Part shown: piece by piece, positions 1 to 8,493 of the stretch
Layout of the letters: the number at the start of each line of letters is the position of its first letter
Numbering within the stretch: the first letter of the stretch is position 1
DNA from: a virus
Taxonomy: Duplodnaviria; Heunggongvirae; Uroviricota; Caudoviricetes
Virus record (IMG/VR): IMGVR_UViG_2579778916_000002
DNA: 14,265 nucleotides
Reading direction: 5' to 3' (one strand)
Notes under the pieces: generated by a model
The model's database searches: none
What the model was told of the DNA's origin: nothing
What the model saw: only the letters and a program-made list of their open reading frames with translations
Position numbers and translations under genes: made by a program

Positions 1-267
1 CACCGTCTCGGAGCCGGAGGATTCAAATCCCTCCGGCGGAGTCTGCTCCTGCTCACCAGCCCGGAACACCACCGTGACACCGGCGATGTTGGTATTCCCA
101 TCACTGTCCAGCACCGGCGTACTGTTCAGCAGCACGCTTTTTAATCCATCCACCGGACCTTCAATCGGCCCTTCACTGATGGCATCAATCACACTCAGCA
201 ACTGCGTGGACTTCAGGTTGTCCTTCGCTTCGCGCGGGGTATGCCCCTTACTGCTTCCTTTACCCAT
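1..267 (-). CDS. J: Tail tip / host-specificity protein J, N-terminal 89 codons only (gene continues past the window start)
   Basis: Minus-strand ATG at 267..265 preceded by GAGGA. Translation MGKGSSKGHTPREAKDNLKSTQLLSVIDAISEGPIEGPVDGLKSVLLNSTPVLDSDGNTNIAGVTVVFRAGEQEQTPPEGFESSGSETV matches the lambda J N-terminus as I recall it. Frame is open to position 1. Confidence 0.9.
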   Translation of the reverse strand, partial: MGKGSSKGHTPREAKDNLKSTQLLSVIDAISEGPIEGPVDGLKSVLLNSTPVLDSDGNTNIAGVTVVFRAGEQEQTPPEGFESSGSETV

Positions 268-283
268 TCCTCACGCTCCATAA
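74..283 (+). other. Antisense shadow ORF, not a gene
   Basis: Lies entirely opposite the strongly supported J coding sequence. No independent support. Confidence 0.1.
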
Positions 284-308
284 ACGACAAAACCGCCCGC
301 AGGCGGTT
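281..308 (-). terminator. Terminator-like hairpin (AACCGCC / CGCA loop / GGCGGTT) followed on the minus strand by a U-rich tract, in the I-J spacer
   Basis: Read directly: 7-bp GC-rich stem at 291..308; minus-strand downstream sequence is TTTTGTCGTTTA. Lies between the I stop (328) and J start (267). Confidence 0.4.
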
Positions 309-327
309 TCACATAAAACATTTTGCA

Positions 328-969
328 TCAGCGACCAATCACCACAACCTGACCACCATCCCCTTCGTCTGCCGTGCTGATCTCCTGAGAAACCACGCGT
401 GACCCCACGCGCATTTCACCGTACAGAACAGGCAGAACATTGCCCTGGGCAACCATGTTATCCAGTGAAGAAAAATAGGTGTTCTGTTTGCCGTTATCCG
501 TTGTCTGTGTGCGGGGGGTTTTGGGTTTAGGGGCCAGCATCTGTGCAACACCGCCAAGCGTCATACTGGCACCGAGAGAAAACAGCAGATTACTCGCCAT
601 AATTCCTACCCCCGGCATCCATATAGCAACCGCCATAACAGCCGCCCCCAGCACAGCCTGAAACACACCGCCACTTTTGGCTCCCGCCAGACGCGGCACG
701 ATATGGATCACAGCACCATTTGCCAGCGGTTCATTAAGACGGGCTGATAATTCCGTTTCACCTGTATCACGCCCGGCAATGCGTACCTGATACCAGCCGT
801 CGCTCAGCTTCTGACGAAACGCCGGGATCTGCATGGCCAGCGCCCGGATGGCTTCGGCCCCCGTTTTCACACGCAGATCGATGCGGCGGCCAAATCGTTG
901 TAAATCCCCGTAAAGGCAGATGCGCGCCATGCCCGGTGACGCCAGAGGGAGTGTGTGCGTCGCTGCCAT
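328..969 (-). CDS. I: Tail assembly protein I
   Basis: 213-aa ORF with ATG start at 969. N-terminus MAATHTLPLASPGMARICLYGDLQRFGRRIDLRVKTGAEAIRALA and C-terminus NTYFSSLDNMVAQGNVLPVLYGEMRVGSRVVSQEISTADEGDGGQVVVIGR match lambda gpI as recalled. Overlaps the K 3' end by about 100 nt, as in lambda. Confidence 0.9.
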   Translation of the reverse strand: MAATHTLPLASPGMARICLYGDLQRFGRRIDLRVKTGAEAIRALAMQIPAFRQKLSDGWYQVRIAGRDTGETELSARLNEPLANGAVIHIVPRLAGAKSGGVFQAVLGAAVMAVAIWMPGVGIMASNLLFSLGASMTLGGVAQMLAPKPKTPRTQTTDNGKQNTYFSSLDNMVAQGNVLPVLYGEMRVGSRVVSQEISTADEGDGGQVVVIGR

Positions 970-1619
970 TTGTCGGTATACCTCTCTCGTTTGCTCAGTT
1001 GTTCAGGAATATGGTGCAGCAGCTCGCCGTCACCACAGTAAATGGCGGCATGATTCGGCACCGATGAACCAAAGCAGCACAGCAGCACATCGCCCGGTTG
1101 TGCTGATGACAACGGCACCTGATACAGCCCTGTGGCCTCCAGATTATCCAGATAGAGATTCTGACCGTGACGCCACCAGTCATCCCCGCGATGAAAATCC
1201 GGCATCTCAATTCCCGCCAGATGGTAAGCGTCCCGGAACAGCGTGTAACAGTCCGTCACCCCGTGCTCAAAGCGCCGCCCGGTGAGATGCGGCACACAGC
1301 GGAATTTATGAATCGCCCCCCGGCAGACCAGCCACCACGGCAAATCACTCTGCACCTGCAGCCGCCGGTCGGCCTCACTCAGCCAGGGCAGACCACCGGG
1401 GTGGCTGTGGACCAGCGCCACAATCTCTCCCTGCATTTCTGCACTCAGCCAGTCCTCCGGCGACATCCGGAAATACTCCTCCGGCTCACCGGATATATTC
1501 ACGCAGGGAAAATATCTTTCCCCCTCCGGTGTTCTCACCACGAAGCCGCACGACTCCGCTGGCGCACATCGCCGGGCGTGCGCCAGAATCGCTGATTCTG
1601 TCTCTGTCATGGGATTCAC
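867..1619 (-). CDS. K: Tail tip assembly protein K (MPN/JAMM plus NlpC/P60 domains)
   Basis: HSHPGG JAMM-like motif and a Cys/His NlpC/P60-like C-terminal half. Sits between L and I. Start is ambiguous: GTG at 1619 overlapping the L stop (GTGA), or ATG at 1610. Confidence 0.85.
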   Translation of the reverse strand: MNPMTETESAILAHARRCAPAESCGFVVRTPEGERYFPCVNISGEPEEYFRMSPEDWLSAEMQGEIVALVHSHPGGLPWLSEADRRLQVQSDLPWWLVCRGAIHKFRCVPHLTGRRFEHGVTDCYTLFRDAYHLAGIEMPDFHRGDDWWRHGQNLYLDNLEATGLYQVPLSSAQPGDVLLCCFGSSVPNHAAIYCGDGELLHHIPEQLSKRERYTDKWQRRTHSLWRHRAWRASAFTGIYNDLAAASICV

Positions 1620-2314
1620 TGCGAAAGTTTGTTAATGGAAAGGAAGCCGCCAAAGTTGCCGACGTTATTGCGAAACTTACAGCCGCTCAGGCATTTGCTG
1701 CATTTATCCTTCGTGATATCGGACGTCGGCTGATCATATTCATCCGCGACCGCCGGACCGTGATAACCGCACTCATCACCGCGATAGGTCCAGGTGCAGG
1801 TGTTGGCCAGCATGATACGTCCCGGAAAAACGGCACCGTCCGTTTCCGTCGGCGTGGACAGTACAAAAGAGGCACTCACCGCGCTCAGTTCACTGCACTG
1901 CTCGATGCGCCAGCGGCTGATCACCTCCTGCTCCGGATCGGCGTCACTGTTTCCGTTGACGAAGTTCACCGCATCCAGAAAACGGGCGTAAACCTTACGC
2001 CGGACCACCGTTCCTCCGACCAGACTCTGCAGGTCTTCCGCCATCCCGGTGACCATGCCGTGCAGGTTAGAAACCGTCAGTGTCGGACGGGCAGCACTGC
2101 CTTTGCCGTTCAGTTCAAATCCCGTCCCCTGAATGGGATACGCCTGATACTGTCGCCCCTGCCAGGTGACCGGCTCACCTTTATCGTTCTGCTCATTACA
2201 GAAAAAATAACGTTCACCACCGACCACTGTCAGATCGATTTCCCAGAGCACCACCTGGGCTGACTGAGTGAGGCGTGTCGTCTCATGATGTGTTTCCTGT
2301 GAAATATCCTGCAT
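1616..2314 (-). CDS. L: Tail tip protein L (Fe-S cluster-binding minor tail protein)
   Basis: 232 aa, near-identical to lambda gpL as recalled (MQDI..., C-terminal CSKCLSGCKFRNNVGNFGGFLSINKLSQ). ATG at 2314 preceded by GGAGG at 5-nt spacing. Confidence 0.93.
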   Translation of the reverse strand: MQDISQETHHETTRLTQSAQVVLWEIDLTVVGGERYFFCNEQNDKGEPVTWQGRQYQAYPIQGTGFELNGKGSAARPTLTVSNLHGMVTGMAEDLQSLVGGTVVRRKVYARFLDAVNFVNGNSDADPEQEVISRWRIEQCSELSAVSASFVLSTPTETDGAVFPGRIMLANTCTWTYRGDECGYHGPAVADEYDQPTSDITKDKCSKCLSGCKFRNNVGNFGGFLSINKLSQ

Positions 2315-2323
2315 CAGGGCCTC

Positions 2324-2653
2324 CTATGCCACGACCTGTTCAAAATCTGCCGTTATGGTTACCCACAGCGCCCCCACGCTTGCCGACCATTTACGACAAA
2401 CCACCCTGATCGGCTTCCAGTCATAAGGTGGCGTCCACTGAAATGCGCGGACGCCACCGTGCCGTTCCAGAAAGGCTTTTAAAGATGGGTGTTCACATTT
2501 ACGAACACGTATCGTCACGCTGTAAATCGACAACTGGTTATTCAGTCCCGCCGCACGACGCTGTTCATAACCATCGCCCAGCTTCACTGTCACCACTTTC
2601 GGCTCTGATACCACATTCATATCCGGGCGCACTTTCCAGTGAAACGTCTCCAT
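2324..2653 (-). CDS. M: Minor tail protein M
   Basis: 109 aa, the lambda gpM size, in the expected position. ATG at 2653 overlaps the H stop (TAATG), indicating translational coupling. Confidence 0.9.
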   Translation of the reverse strand: METFHWKVRPDMNVVSEPKVVTVKLGDGYEQRRAAGLNNQLSIYSVTIRVRKCEHPSLKAFLERHGGVRAFQWTPPYDWKPIRVVCRKWSASVGALWVTITADFEQVVA

Positions 2654-5600
2654 TACCGATATGCTCCACTTAACCGACCACCATCACGGGCCTGCTGTTG
2701 CATAAAGTCCGCTGCCGCTTTTTTCCCGAGGTCATAAACCACCTTCAGGGCAGCCGGACCTATCTGCCCGTTCGTGCCATCGTTATTGATCTCGATGTTG
2801 TACTGCGGGGCAAACATCGCCATACCTGAACCACCAATATCCGCCACAACCCCCAGCTTACCGTCAGCACCACGACGCAGTGGCAGAATGGCTTCAGGTC
2901 CCGCTTCCCCCATCACACCCGCGCCTTTTGCAAAAGCAAAAAACGTCGGACGGTTAACCACCGTGCCACTGTAACGACTCAAATCAGCAGACTGATAAAT
3001 CCCCCCATTGGCATTCAGGGAAAGGCTGCTGAGATCAAATCCCAGTACACTGCCAATCCCTTTTATCGATTTCATCATGGTTGCCTGCGCCAGGATTTTC
3101 GCCATATCTGACAGCACAGAAGAGGTGAAGGATTTGAAATTGAGTTTGCCGGTAGTGACAAAAGTTGCCAGGCCATTTCCCATGTTGCTGAAGGCTGACG
3201 AGAACACCTGTTCTGCTGTTCCTGCCGTATTATCTGCATCCACGGTAAAATTCTGAAATGCACGCAGGACTCCGTTTTTCCAGTTACCCTGCACAACTTC
3301 AAGCTGTTGCCAGTAACGGCGATTCTCATTCAGTTGTCGGTTCAGGCTCTCCGTCAGCGCCTGCTCGGCCTTTCTGTAGTCATCCGTGTTATATGTTCCT
3401 TTCTGCTCACTATCCCGCCTCAACTGCTCCAGCTGTTGCTGGTATTTCTGGCGAAGACTCAGTTGTACCTGATATCGCTGCCGCTGCTGATCACCCATAC
3501 CCACCGTGGCGATATCCAGGTCATGTTGCTGACGCTGAGCGCGCTCTTCTTCAGCCAGTTGACTGGTCAGCTGAATTGTTTTTTTCTTCAGCTCGTTGAG
3601 TGCCGTCTGTTTCTGAAGCTCCTGCTGTTTTACATCCAGCAGCGTCAGTGCCTGAATCAGTTCATCTTTACGGGCCAGCACACTCTTTTCATCTGCCGTC
3701 AGTTTTTTCCCGTCCAGGTCGCTGATGCGCTGCTGCAGAGCCAGAAGCTGTTTATGCGCTTCTGTCATCCTTTCCGTGGCAATGCCTGCTGACTGTCTGG
3801 CAGCAGCAATCTGTCCTTCCACCTGTGCCTGTTGCTGACTGTACTGCAGCAATAACCGGGTGGCCTCATCATTACGGGGTTCGCGTGTTTTTTTCTTACC
3901 GGATGCCAGGGCTTTCTCGTAACGTTCATTTTCACGTTGTATCGCCGCATCCCTGACAGCCTGATCGGCGTACTGCATGGAATTAATACGCGCAATTTCA
4001 CGCTGATGTCGTGCTGCTTCCGTTTCATTCATCCGGTTCAGTGCAGCATTTTCAGCATTACGGCGTTTCTGTTGCTCCTGATAATTCTGCTCTGCCTGCT
4101 CTTTTGCATCCTGCAAATCCTTCTGGCGTTTTTTCTTCTGAAGCTCGTTAAGACGCTGCTGATCGTACTCAACCTGAGAAGATGATGCCGTCCAGGGGAG
4201 TCTTTTCGCCCGCGACACTTTCTCCTGTAAAGCGGAAATCTGTTCATCCAGCGAGTCTTCACGACCAATATTCATGGCCGCATCCCAGAAACGACTCCAT
4301 AAATCAGACAGATACTTCAGCGTACTGCCCAGCGCATTGAGGTTATTATCAATATCCGCAGTACGCCGACCGGTTTCCTCTGCCAGTGCAGACATGGCTA
4401 TCCGTGCCGCATCACTGGACCGCCCCTGTTCCCCAAGGACGCGTATCTGCTCAAGCTGAGTGGCAGTAAGAAAATGCAGCTCATTGTCCAGAGCCTTCGC
4501 GGCATTTACAGGATCATCCTTCAGCCGCTTAAACTGATTTATGGTATCGCTGACCGACTGGCCAACCGATCGCTCCATCTGTGCGGCAGCTCTCGCCACC
4601 ATACCGATATCGTTTCCACGAAATGCACCACTCCCCACCACCTGAGCCAGCGCACCGGCTGCAGCATGTTGCGTGATACCATTCCCGGAAATAGCACGAC
4701 TGAGCGTCCACAGCTGCCCGGCAGTGACTCCGGCATAATGCCCCGTCAGCGACAACTGGCGGTTAAATTCTTCCCCCTCCTTCTGACCATCATACCAGGC
4801 TTTACCCAGACCATAGACGGCCGCGGCAATACCGCCAATAACCCCGCCCAGCATCATGCCTTTCGGTGACATCAGTGTGTCTATCCATCCGGCACGGTTA
4901 GCCAGCGTTATCCCGGATCCCCTCAGCGCACCTAAATTGCCGCGAGCCAGTTCACCTATCAGAACGCCTATCTCCTGGCGGGCCGCTGCACTTTTCAGAC
5001 CCAGCGAATGCGTGGCTTTTCCTGCCTGCTCCATTTTGCGGATATACACTTCTGCAGCACTGCTTACCCCCAGCTGGGCAGCCTTAGCACGAAGCAACTC
5101 AGAAGAAGAAAGATTCTGGCGGGTTGCCTGCTCTTTAAGCTGACGGATAAACGCCACTTTCTGTCGGGTAGCCTCTTCCTCAGCCTGTGTAAGAACACGA
5201 GTTTTCGCAGTAACCTCAGAAATCAGCGCCAGATAATCCTGCTGACCAATCCCGCCACTGTTTCTGGCCTGTCGGATCTGCTGCTGAATACGCTGTAATT
5301 CCTGCAGCCCCGCACTGGCCTGTTTCACACTGTCAATCTGACGATAAAACGCAGCAGCCGCTTTATCCTGAGCCTCCGCCAGAGCCATGGCCTGCGCCTG
5401 TTCCTCGCGCATTTTCTGGCTCAGTGCCTCCATGCGCTGGCGGGTTTTCTCCACCTCGCGGGCCATGCGTTCATGAGCCTGTGCGTTCTTCTCCACCGTC
5501 TGCGCATGGACGGATGCGGCTGTTGCAGCCGAAGAAGCCGCCTGCATTGTCTGCCGGGCGGCCTGAGTCTGACGCTCCATAAAACGCTGCATACGGGCAG

Positions 5601-5718
5601 AAGACCGTTCTGCATCGCTGGCTGCACCATTCAGAAGGTTTTTGATACGGGGAATTTCATTTTTAAACTCTGCCGCATCAATCCCCAAATCAATGACCAG
5701 GTTGGCTATCTGGTCCAT
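2653..5718 (-). CDS. H: Tail tape measure protein H (1021 aa from the ATG at 5718; the track ORF begins 10 codons upstream at a TTG)
   Basis: N-terminus MDQIANLVIDLGIDAAEF and C-terminus EINNDGTNGQIGPAALKVVYDLGKK...DGGRLSGAYR are collinear with lambda gpH as recalled. Long Q/A/E/R-rich coiled-coil centre. ATG 5718 is preceded by GGAGG at 8-nt spacing. Confidence 0.9.
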   Translation of the reverse strand: MDQIANLVIDLGIDAAEFKNEIPRIKNLLNGAASDAERSSARMQRFMERQTQAARQTMQAASSAATAASVHAQTVEKNAQAHERMAREVEKTRQRMEALSQKMREEQAQAMALAEAQDKAAAAFYRQIDSVKQASAGLQELQRIQQQIRQARNSGGIGQQDYLALISEVTAKTRVLTQAEEEATRQKVAFIRQLKEQATRQNLSSSELLRAKAAQLGVSSAAEVYIRKMEQAGKATHSLGLKSAAARQEIGVLIGELARGNLGALRGSGITLANRAGWIDTLMSPKGMMLGGVIGGIAAAVYGLGKAWYDGQKEGEEFNRQLSLTGHYAGVTAGQLWTLSRAISGNGITQHAAAGALAQVVGSGAFRGNDIGMVARAAAQMERSVGQSVSDTINQFKRLKDDPVNAAKALDNELHFLTATQLEQIRVLGEQGRSSDAARIAMSALAEETGRRTADIDNNLNALGSTLKYLSDLWSRFWDAAMNIGREDSLDEQISALQEKVSRAKRLPWTASSSQVEYDQQRLNELQKKKRQKDLQDAKEQAEQNYQEQQKRRNAENAALNRMNETEAARHQREIARINSMQYADQAVRDAAIQRENERYEKALASGKKKTREPRNDEATRLLLQYSQQQAQVEGQIAAARQSAGIATERMTEAHKQLLALQQRISDLDGKKLTADEKSVLARKDELIQALTLLDVKQQELQKQTALNELKKKTIQLTSQLAEEERAQRQQHDLDIATVGMGDQQRQRYQVQLSLRQKYQQQLEQLRRDSEQKGTYNTDDYRKAEQALTESLNRQLNENRRYWQQLEVVQGNWKNGVLRAFQNFTVDADNTAGTAEQVFSSAFSNMGNGLATFVTTGKLNFKSFTSSVLSDMAKILAQATMMKSIKGIGSVLGFDLSSLSLNANGGIYQSADLSRYSGTVVNRPTFFAFAKGAGVMGEAGPEAILPLRRGADGKLGVVADIGGSGMAMFAPQYNIEINNDGTNGQIGPAALKVVYDLGKKAAADFMQQQARDGGRLSGAYR

Positions 5719-6040
5719 AACGCACACCTCCGGAAATACCTTCCCCAAGATGCATCAGTTCTTCGTCCGTTCGCTCCGGTATCCCGTTCTCTTCCGGTAA
5801 AAGGCTGAAATCAGCCACCGCAGCATCACTGCTACCGGACACCATTCTCACGATCAATGCCTTCAGCGAGGCAAACTGCGCATCCATCCACACATCACTG
5901 AAGCTCTGCATCCGGAAATAATCGCCCCACTCACCAAGCTCAGTGGCCGACATTTCCGACAGCATCCGCCGCCAGTCTGCCCGCCGGAACTCCCGGGCAA
6001 GCCGCATGACAAACTGCATTTCCCGCGTCAGGACTTTTCC
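5690..6040 (-). CDS. T: Tail assembly chaperone T segment, expressed as a G-T fusion by -1 programmed frameshift near the G 3' end
   Basis: ORF in the -1 frame relative to G, open from just upstream of the G stop, with no SD or start of its own. Lambda G/T arrangement. Its 3' end overlaps the H start by 29 nt. Confidence 0.8.
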   Translation of the reverse strand, partial: GKVLTREMQFVMRLAREFRRADWRRMLSEMSATELGEWGDYFRMQSFSDVWMDAQFASLKALIVRMVSGSSDAAVADFSLLPEENGIPERTDEELMHLGEGISGGVRYGPDSQPGH

Positions 6041-6414
6041 GGCGTCAGCACCTCATGCTCCAAATCCCCGGCATTCTCAATGACTCCCATACCGCTCAGC
6101 GACAGAACCATCTCCGCCCCCGCTCCCAGGGCATCATACGACCATGTTGTAATAACGGATGCGCAAAGCGTCTCAACATCCTGAGACTGTTCCGCATTCC
6201 ACAGTGAGCGGGAAACCAGCCAGGCATTGATATCCATCCCCATCCGCAGAAAAGCAATCTGTCGTTCAGCCTCCGGCAGTTCTCCCTCTTCGGCATCAAA
6301 CTTTGCCGTTCGCTGCTGAACAAACGCCAGATATTCAATTCTCTGCAGCCCGGACAGCTCACTGAGCACCACGGACTGCTTTTCATAATTAAACGTGCCC
6401 TGTTTCAGAAACAT
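6028..6414 (-). CDS. G: Tail assembly chaperone G
   Basis: 128 aa starting MFLKQGTF... (lambda gpG begins MFLK...). GGTGGAG SD upstream of the tandem ATG ATG (6417/6414). Stop TGA at 6030..6028. Confidence 0.88.
   Translation of the reverse strand: MFLKQGTFNYEKQSVVLSELSGLQRIEYLAFVQQRTAKFDAEEGELPEAERQIAFLRMGMDINAWLVSRSLWNAEQSQDVETLCASVITTWSYDALGAGAEMVLSLSGMGVIENAGDLEHEVLTPEKS
6034..6040 (-). other. Putative -1 ribosomal slip site GGAAAAG (zero-frame codons CCG GAA AAG) for the G-T fusion
   Basis: Read from the minus strand. Lies inside the 25-nt window where the G frame and the T frame are both open. Contains the A AAG lysine slip motif. Confidence 0.6.
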
Positions 6415-6430
6415 CATGTTCTCCACCTGC

Positions 6431-6454
6431 AAAAAAGCCCCGGATAACCGGGGC
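6431..6454 (-). terminator. Intrinsic terminator-like hairpin between V and G (GCCCCGG / TTAT loop / CCGGGGC, then TTTTTT)
   Basis: Read directly: 7-bp GC stem at 6437..6454 plus a 6-nt T-run on the minus strand (6431..6436), sitting between the V stop (6475) and the G SD. Confidence 0.55.
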
Positions 6455-6474
6455 AAATGATGAGTATCGTCCTG

Positions 6475-7218
6475 TTAACCTGCGGCGCTGACAGCCACCG
6501 CAGCCACTGCCACAAAATCGCCGTCAGAAGTCATGCCCACAATGCTGACACTGCCCTGCTTCACGCCTTTCACCGTGGCCACAAGCCCGTTCAGGGTCAC
6601 CGTGGCAGTCTGTGGATCTGTCGAATGCACACTGATCGCTTTGTCACTGGCTCCGTCAGGTTTTACTGTAAAGGTCAGCGTGGTGGTTGCTCCCACTTTT
6701 ACACTGGCAGATGCCGGTGCCACCGTCAGCCCGGTAACGCTCACTGTTTCAGTGCCTTCCTCTGCCAGATACGGACGCCCCACACCGCTGATTTTCACTG
6801 TGCGGGTCATCACGTCTTTTGAGGCAATGGTTTTACCCAGTGAGCTCAGCCAGCCACGGAAAACATCAACAGTGCCGTTGGGATATTTGATACGAAACGC
6901 GCAGACTTCACCGGAGTCGAACAACTGAACCAGTTTTTTCTGCCCGCTGTCACCCGGACGCCAGGCCAGCGTCGCCGAAGTATCACCAACGGATTTCTGC
7001 CCCTGGGTTGTCGTTTTCCAGTCTGCATCTTCATCATCGAGATAAGTGTCATCTTCTGCATCAGCGGTCATTTCGCCAGGTTGCAGATCCTTCACCATCG
7101 CAAGACGCAGCCAGTCAGTGTCCGATAAAGGGTTCGCAAACGCATCGCCCTTGCCGGTGTACATCCAGAACGTCGTTCCCGCACCTTTCGTTTTTGCCAG
7201 TGGATTTGGTGTGGTCAT
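6475..7218 (-). CDS. V: Major tail tube protein V with C-terminal Ig-like (Big_2-type) domain
   Basis: 247 aa from ATG 7218, preceded by AGGAGG at 5-nt spacing. KGAGTT..., YLDDEDADW and NGTVDVFRGW motifs as in lambda gpV as recalled. C-terminal T/V/S-rich beta domain. Confidence 0.9.
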   Translation of the reverse strand: MTTPNPLAKTKGAGTTFWMYTGKGDAFANPLSDTDWLRLAMVKDLQPGEMTADAEDDTYLDDEDADWKTTTQGQKSVGDTSATLAWRPGDSGQKKLVQLFDSGEVCAFRIKYPNGTVDVFRGWLSSLGKTIASKDVMTRTVKISGVGRPYLAEEGTETVSVTGLTVAPASASVKVGATTTLTFTVKPDGASDKAISVHSTDPQTATVTLNGLVATVKGVKQGSVSIVGMTSDGDFVAVAAVAVSAAG

Positions 7219-7229
7219 TGCCACCTCCT

Positions 7230-7631
7230 TTAATTCGTGTACGTGATCTGGTACGTGATTTCCGCCATCGCCCAGGTGGCCATCTCATTATCACGTTGAT
7301 AGTTAAAACCGAGAGGGATCAGGGTGTCGATGAGTCCGGAAAGTGCCGGTATATCATTCAGGGCCGGGAAAATGGTGCTCTCCATCCACATATCCAGCTC
7401 TGAATCCGGTGCCTGTGCCCGGATGAAGACAGCAATATGCAGAACAGCCTGCCAGTCATCTTCATCCGTCATTTTTCCGGTGTACTGAGCATCACTCAGC
7501 CACACCGCCACGGCAGGCAGTTCCTGCGCATCAATAAATGCCGGAAGCCCGTCAAAAAACGTGGCGCTGTCTCCACACTGTTCCCGAAGGCGTGCCAGTA
7601 CGGCCTGGCGGATTTGTGTATGTCGGTTCAT
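7230..7631 (-). CDS. U: Tail terminator protein U
   Basis: MNRHTQIRQAVLARL...ATFFDG...PAVAV resembles lambda gpU (MKHTELRAAVL...) as recalled. ATG 7631 overlaps the Z stop (ATGA). The track ORF starts 4 codons upstream at ATG 7643. Confidence 0.85.
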   Translation of the reverse strand: MNRHTQIRQAVLARLREQCGDSATFFDGLPAFIDAQELPAVAVWLSDAQYTGKMTDEDDWQAVLHIAVFIRAQAPDSELDMWMESTIFPALNDIPALSGLIDTLIPLGFNYQRDNEMATWAMAEITYQITYTN

Positions 7632-8206
7632 CGGGTCAGCCATAACCTCAGTTGTTGTTTCAGTGCATACCCCAGCTGTTTCGGCATTTCCGCAGCAATA
7701 ATGCGGTCGCGGGCATCTTCAAATGCCTGTGTCAGCGGTCCGGACAGCGGGACTTTCACCACATCAATGGGGTAACGATTTTTGCCATCAATACGCCGCA
7801 TCACATGCCAGCGACCATTCGCCAGTTGCTGAATAAACGCATCCCGGAAAAGATATTTACCCACCTTCAGCACACTGCCACGGTACTGCAGTTTTCCACC
7901 ACGCCGGGCCAGTCTGACCCGGGCTGTCCCCAGCTTAATAGCGGGCAGATTGCCCCGGTTAACGCGGATCCTGGCCGTCATTTTTCCTGACGGACTGGCT
8001 TTAAACACCCGGACACGCTGACGTACCAGTTTCAGGGGGATCCCTTTCACCTGGTTATCTCCCGCAACGGTATTCCCGGCAACCTGCCGGGTGGCGACCG
8101 AGACCGCTTTCTGTGCCACACGGTTTATCGCCCATGCGCTGGCCTGTGGCACCATACGGGTATCAAGGCTGTTCAGATTACGGATGGCATTCTCAAGCCC
8201 CTTCAT
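7628..8206 (-). CDS. Z: Tail completion protein Z
   Basis: 192 aa, the lambda gpZ size and position. N-terminus MKGLENAIRNLNSL. ATG 8206 preceded by AGAGG at 6-nt spacing. Confidence 0.85.
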   Translation of the reverse strand: MKGLENAIRNLNSLDTRMVPQASAWAINRVAQKAVSVATRQVAGNTVAGDNQVKGIPLKLVRQRVRVFKASPSGKMTARIRVNRGNLPAIKLGTARVRLARRGGKLQYRGSVLKVGKYLFRDAFIQQLANGRWHVMRRIDGKNRYPIDVVKVPLSGPLTQAFEDARDRIIAAEMPKQLGYALKQQLRLWLTR

Positions 8207-8217
8207 CCCACACCTCT

Positions 8218-8493
8218 TTACTCAATAAAGATCATTGGCTTACCGTTAAAACGTTCATGCCGTGTGACCGTCCATTGTTGTCCGTCATAAACAACGCGAT
8301 CCCCGCGCCGTGGGCGGTATCCCGAAGAAAACACCACCAGAGAGACCGCAGGTCCGGACAGAGCATTCAGCTCTGCCAGTGTTTCTCCCGGGATCACAGT
8401 CATATCGACATCATTAATCGAGGCTGTCTTTCCCATCTTTCTAACCGTGATAGCATCCATACGCGCTGCCAGCCGGGAAAAGGGATCAGACAT
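8218..8493 (-). CDS. Head-tail joining protein, FII-like (Gifsy-2-type family)
   Basis: 91 aa immediately upstream of Z. C-terminal RRGDRVVYDGQQWTV resembles the lambda gpFII RRGD region. ATG 8493 overlaps the stop of the upstream gene. Confidence 0.6.
   Translation of the reverse strand: MSDPFSRLAARMDAITVRKMGKTASINDVDMTVIPGETLAELNALSGPAVSLVVFSSGYRPRRGDRVVYDGQQWTVTRHERFNGKPMIFIE

Larger units (their letters stand above)
5540..8442. repeat. Direct repeat copy 1 (at least 2,903 bp), identical to 11363..14265
   Basis: Every ORF translation on both strands in this interval recurs exactly at +5,823 bp in the track. Spot-checked sequence lines are identical. Identity starts at 5540/11363 (5539 and 11362 differ). 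Confidence 0.92.

Noticed and set aside
995-1210. 71-aa Cys-rich minus-strand ORF inside K (and a similar one at 339..557 inside I)
   Set aside because: Out-of-frame overlaps within recognised genes. No start context and no similarity I recognise.
1529-2263. 244-aa plus-strand ORF
   Set aside because: Entirely antisense to the well-supported L and K genes, with no SD or recognisable domain. Typical shadow ORF of a GC-rich coding strand.
3307-3792. 161-aa plus-strand ORF (also 3258..3599, 4474..4869, 4856..5143, 5008..5298)
   Set aside because: All lie antisense within the tape measure gene and have low-complexity Leu/Gln-rich translations mirroring the H coiled coil.
3570-3900. Two A7/T8 homopolymer tracts inside H as possible phase-variation or slippage sites
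   Set aside because: They encode in-frame Lys-Lys-Lys in a lysine-rich coiled coil and are most simply explained by codon composition. No alternative frame with coding potential follows them.
5719-5748. TTG-initiated 10-codon extension of H (MGKVFPEVCV...)
   Set aside because: The ATG at 5718 has a GGAGG SD at proper spacing and yields an N-terminus (MDQIANLVIDL...) collinear with lambda gpH.
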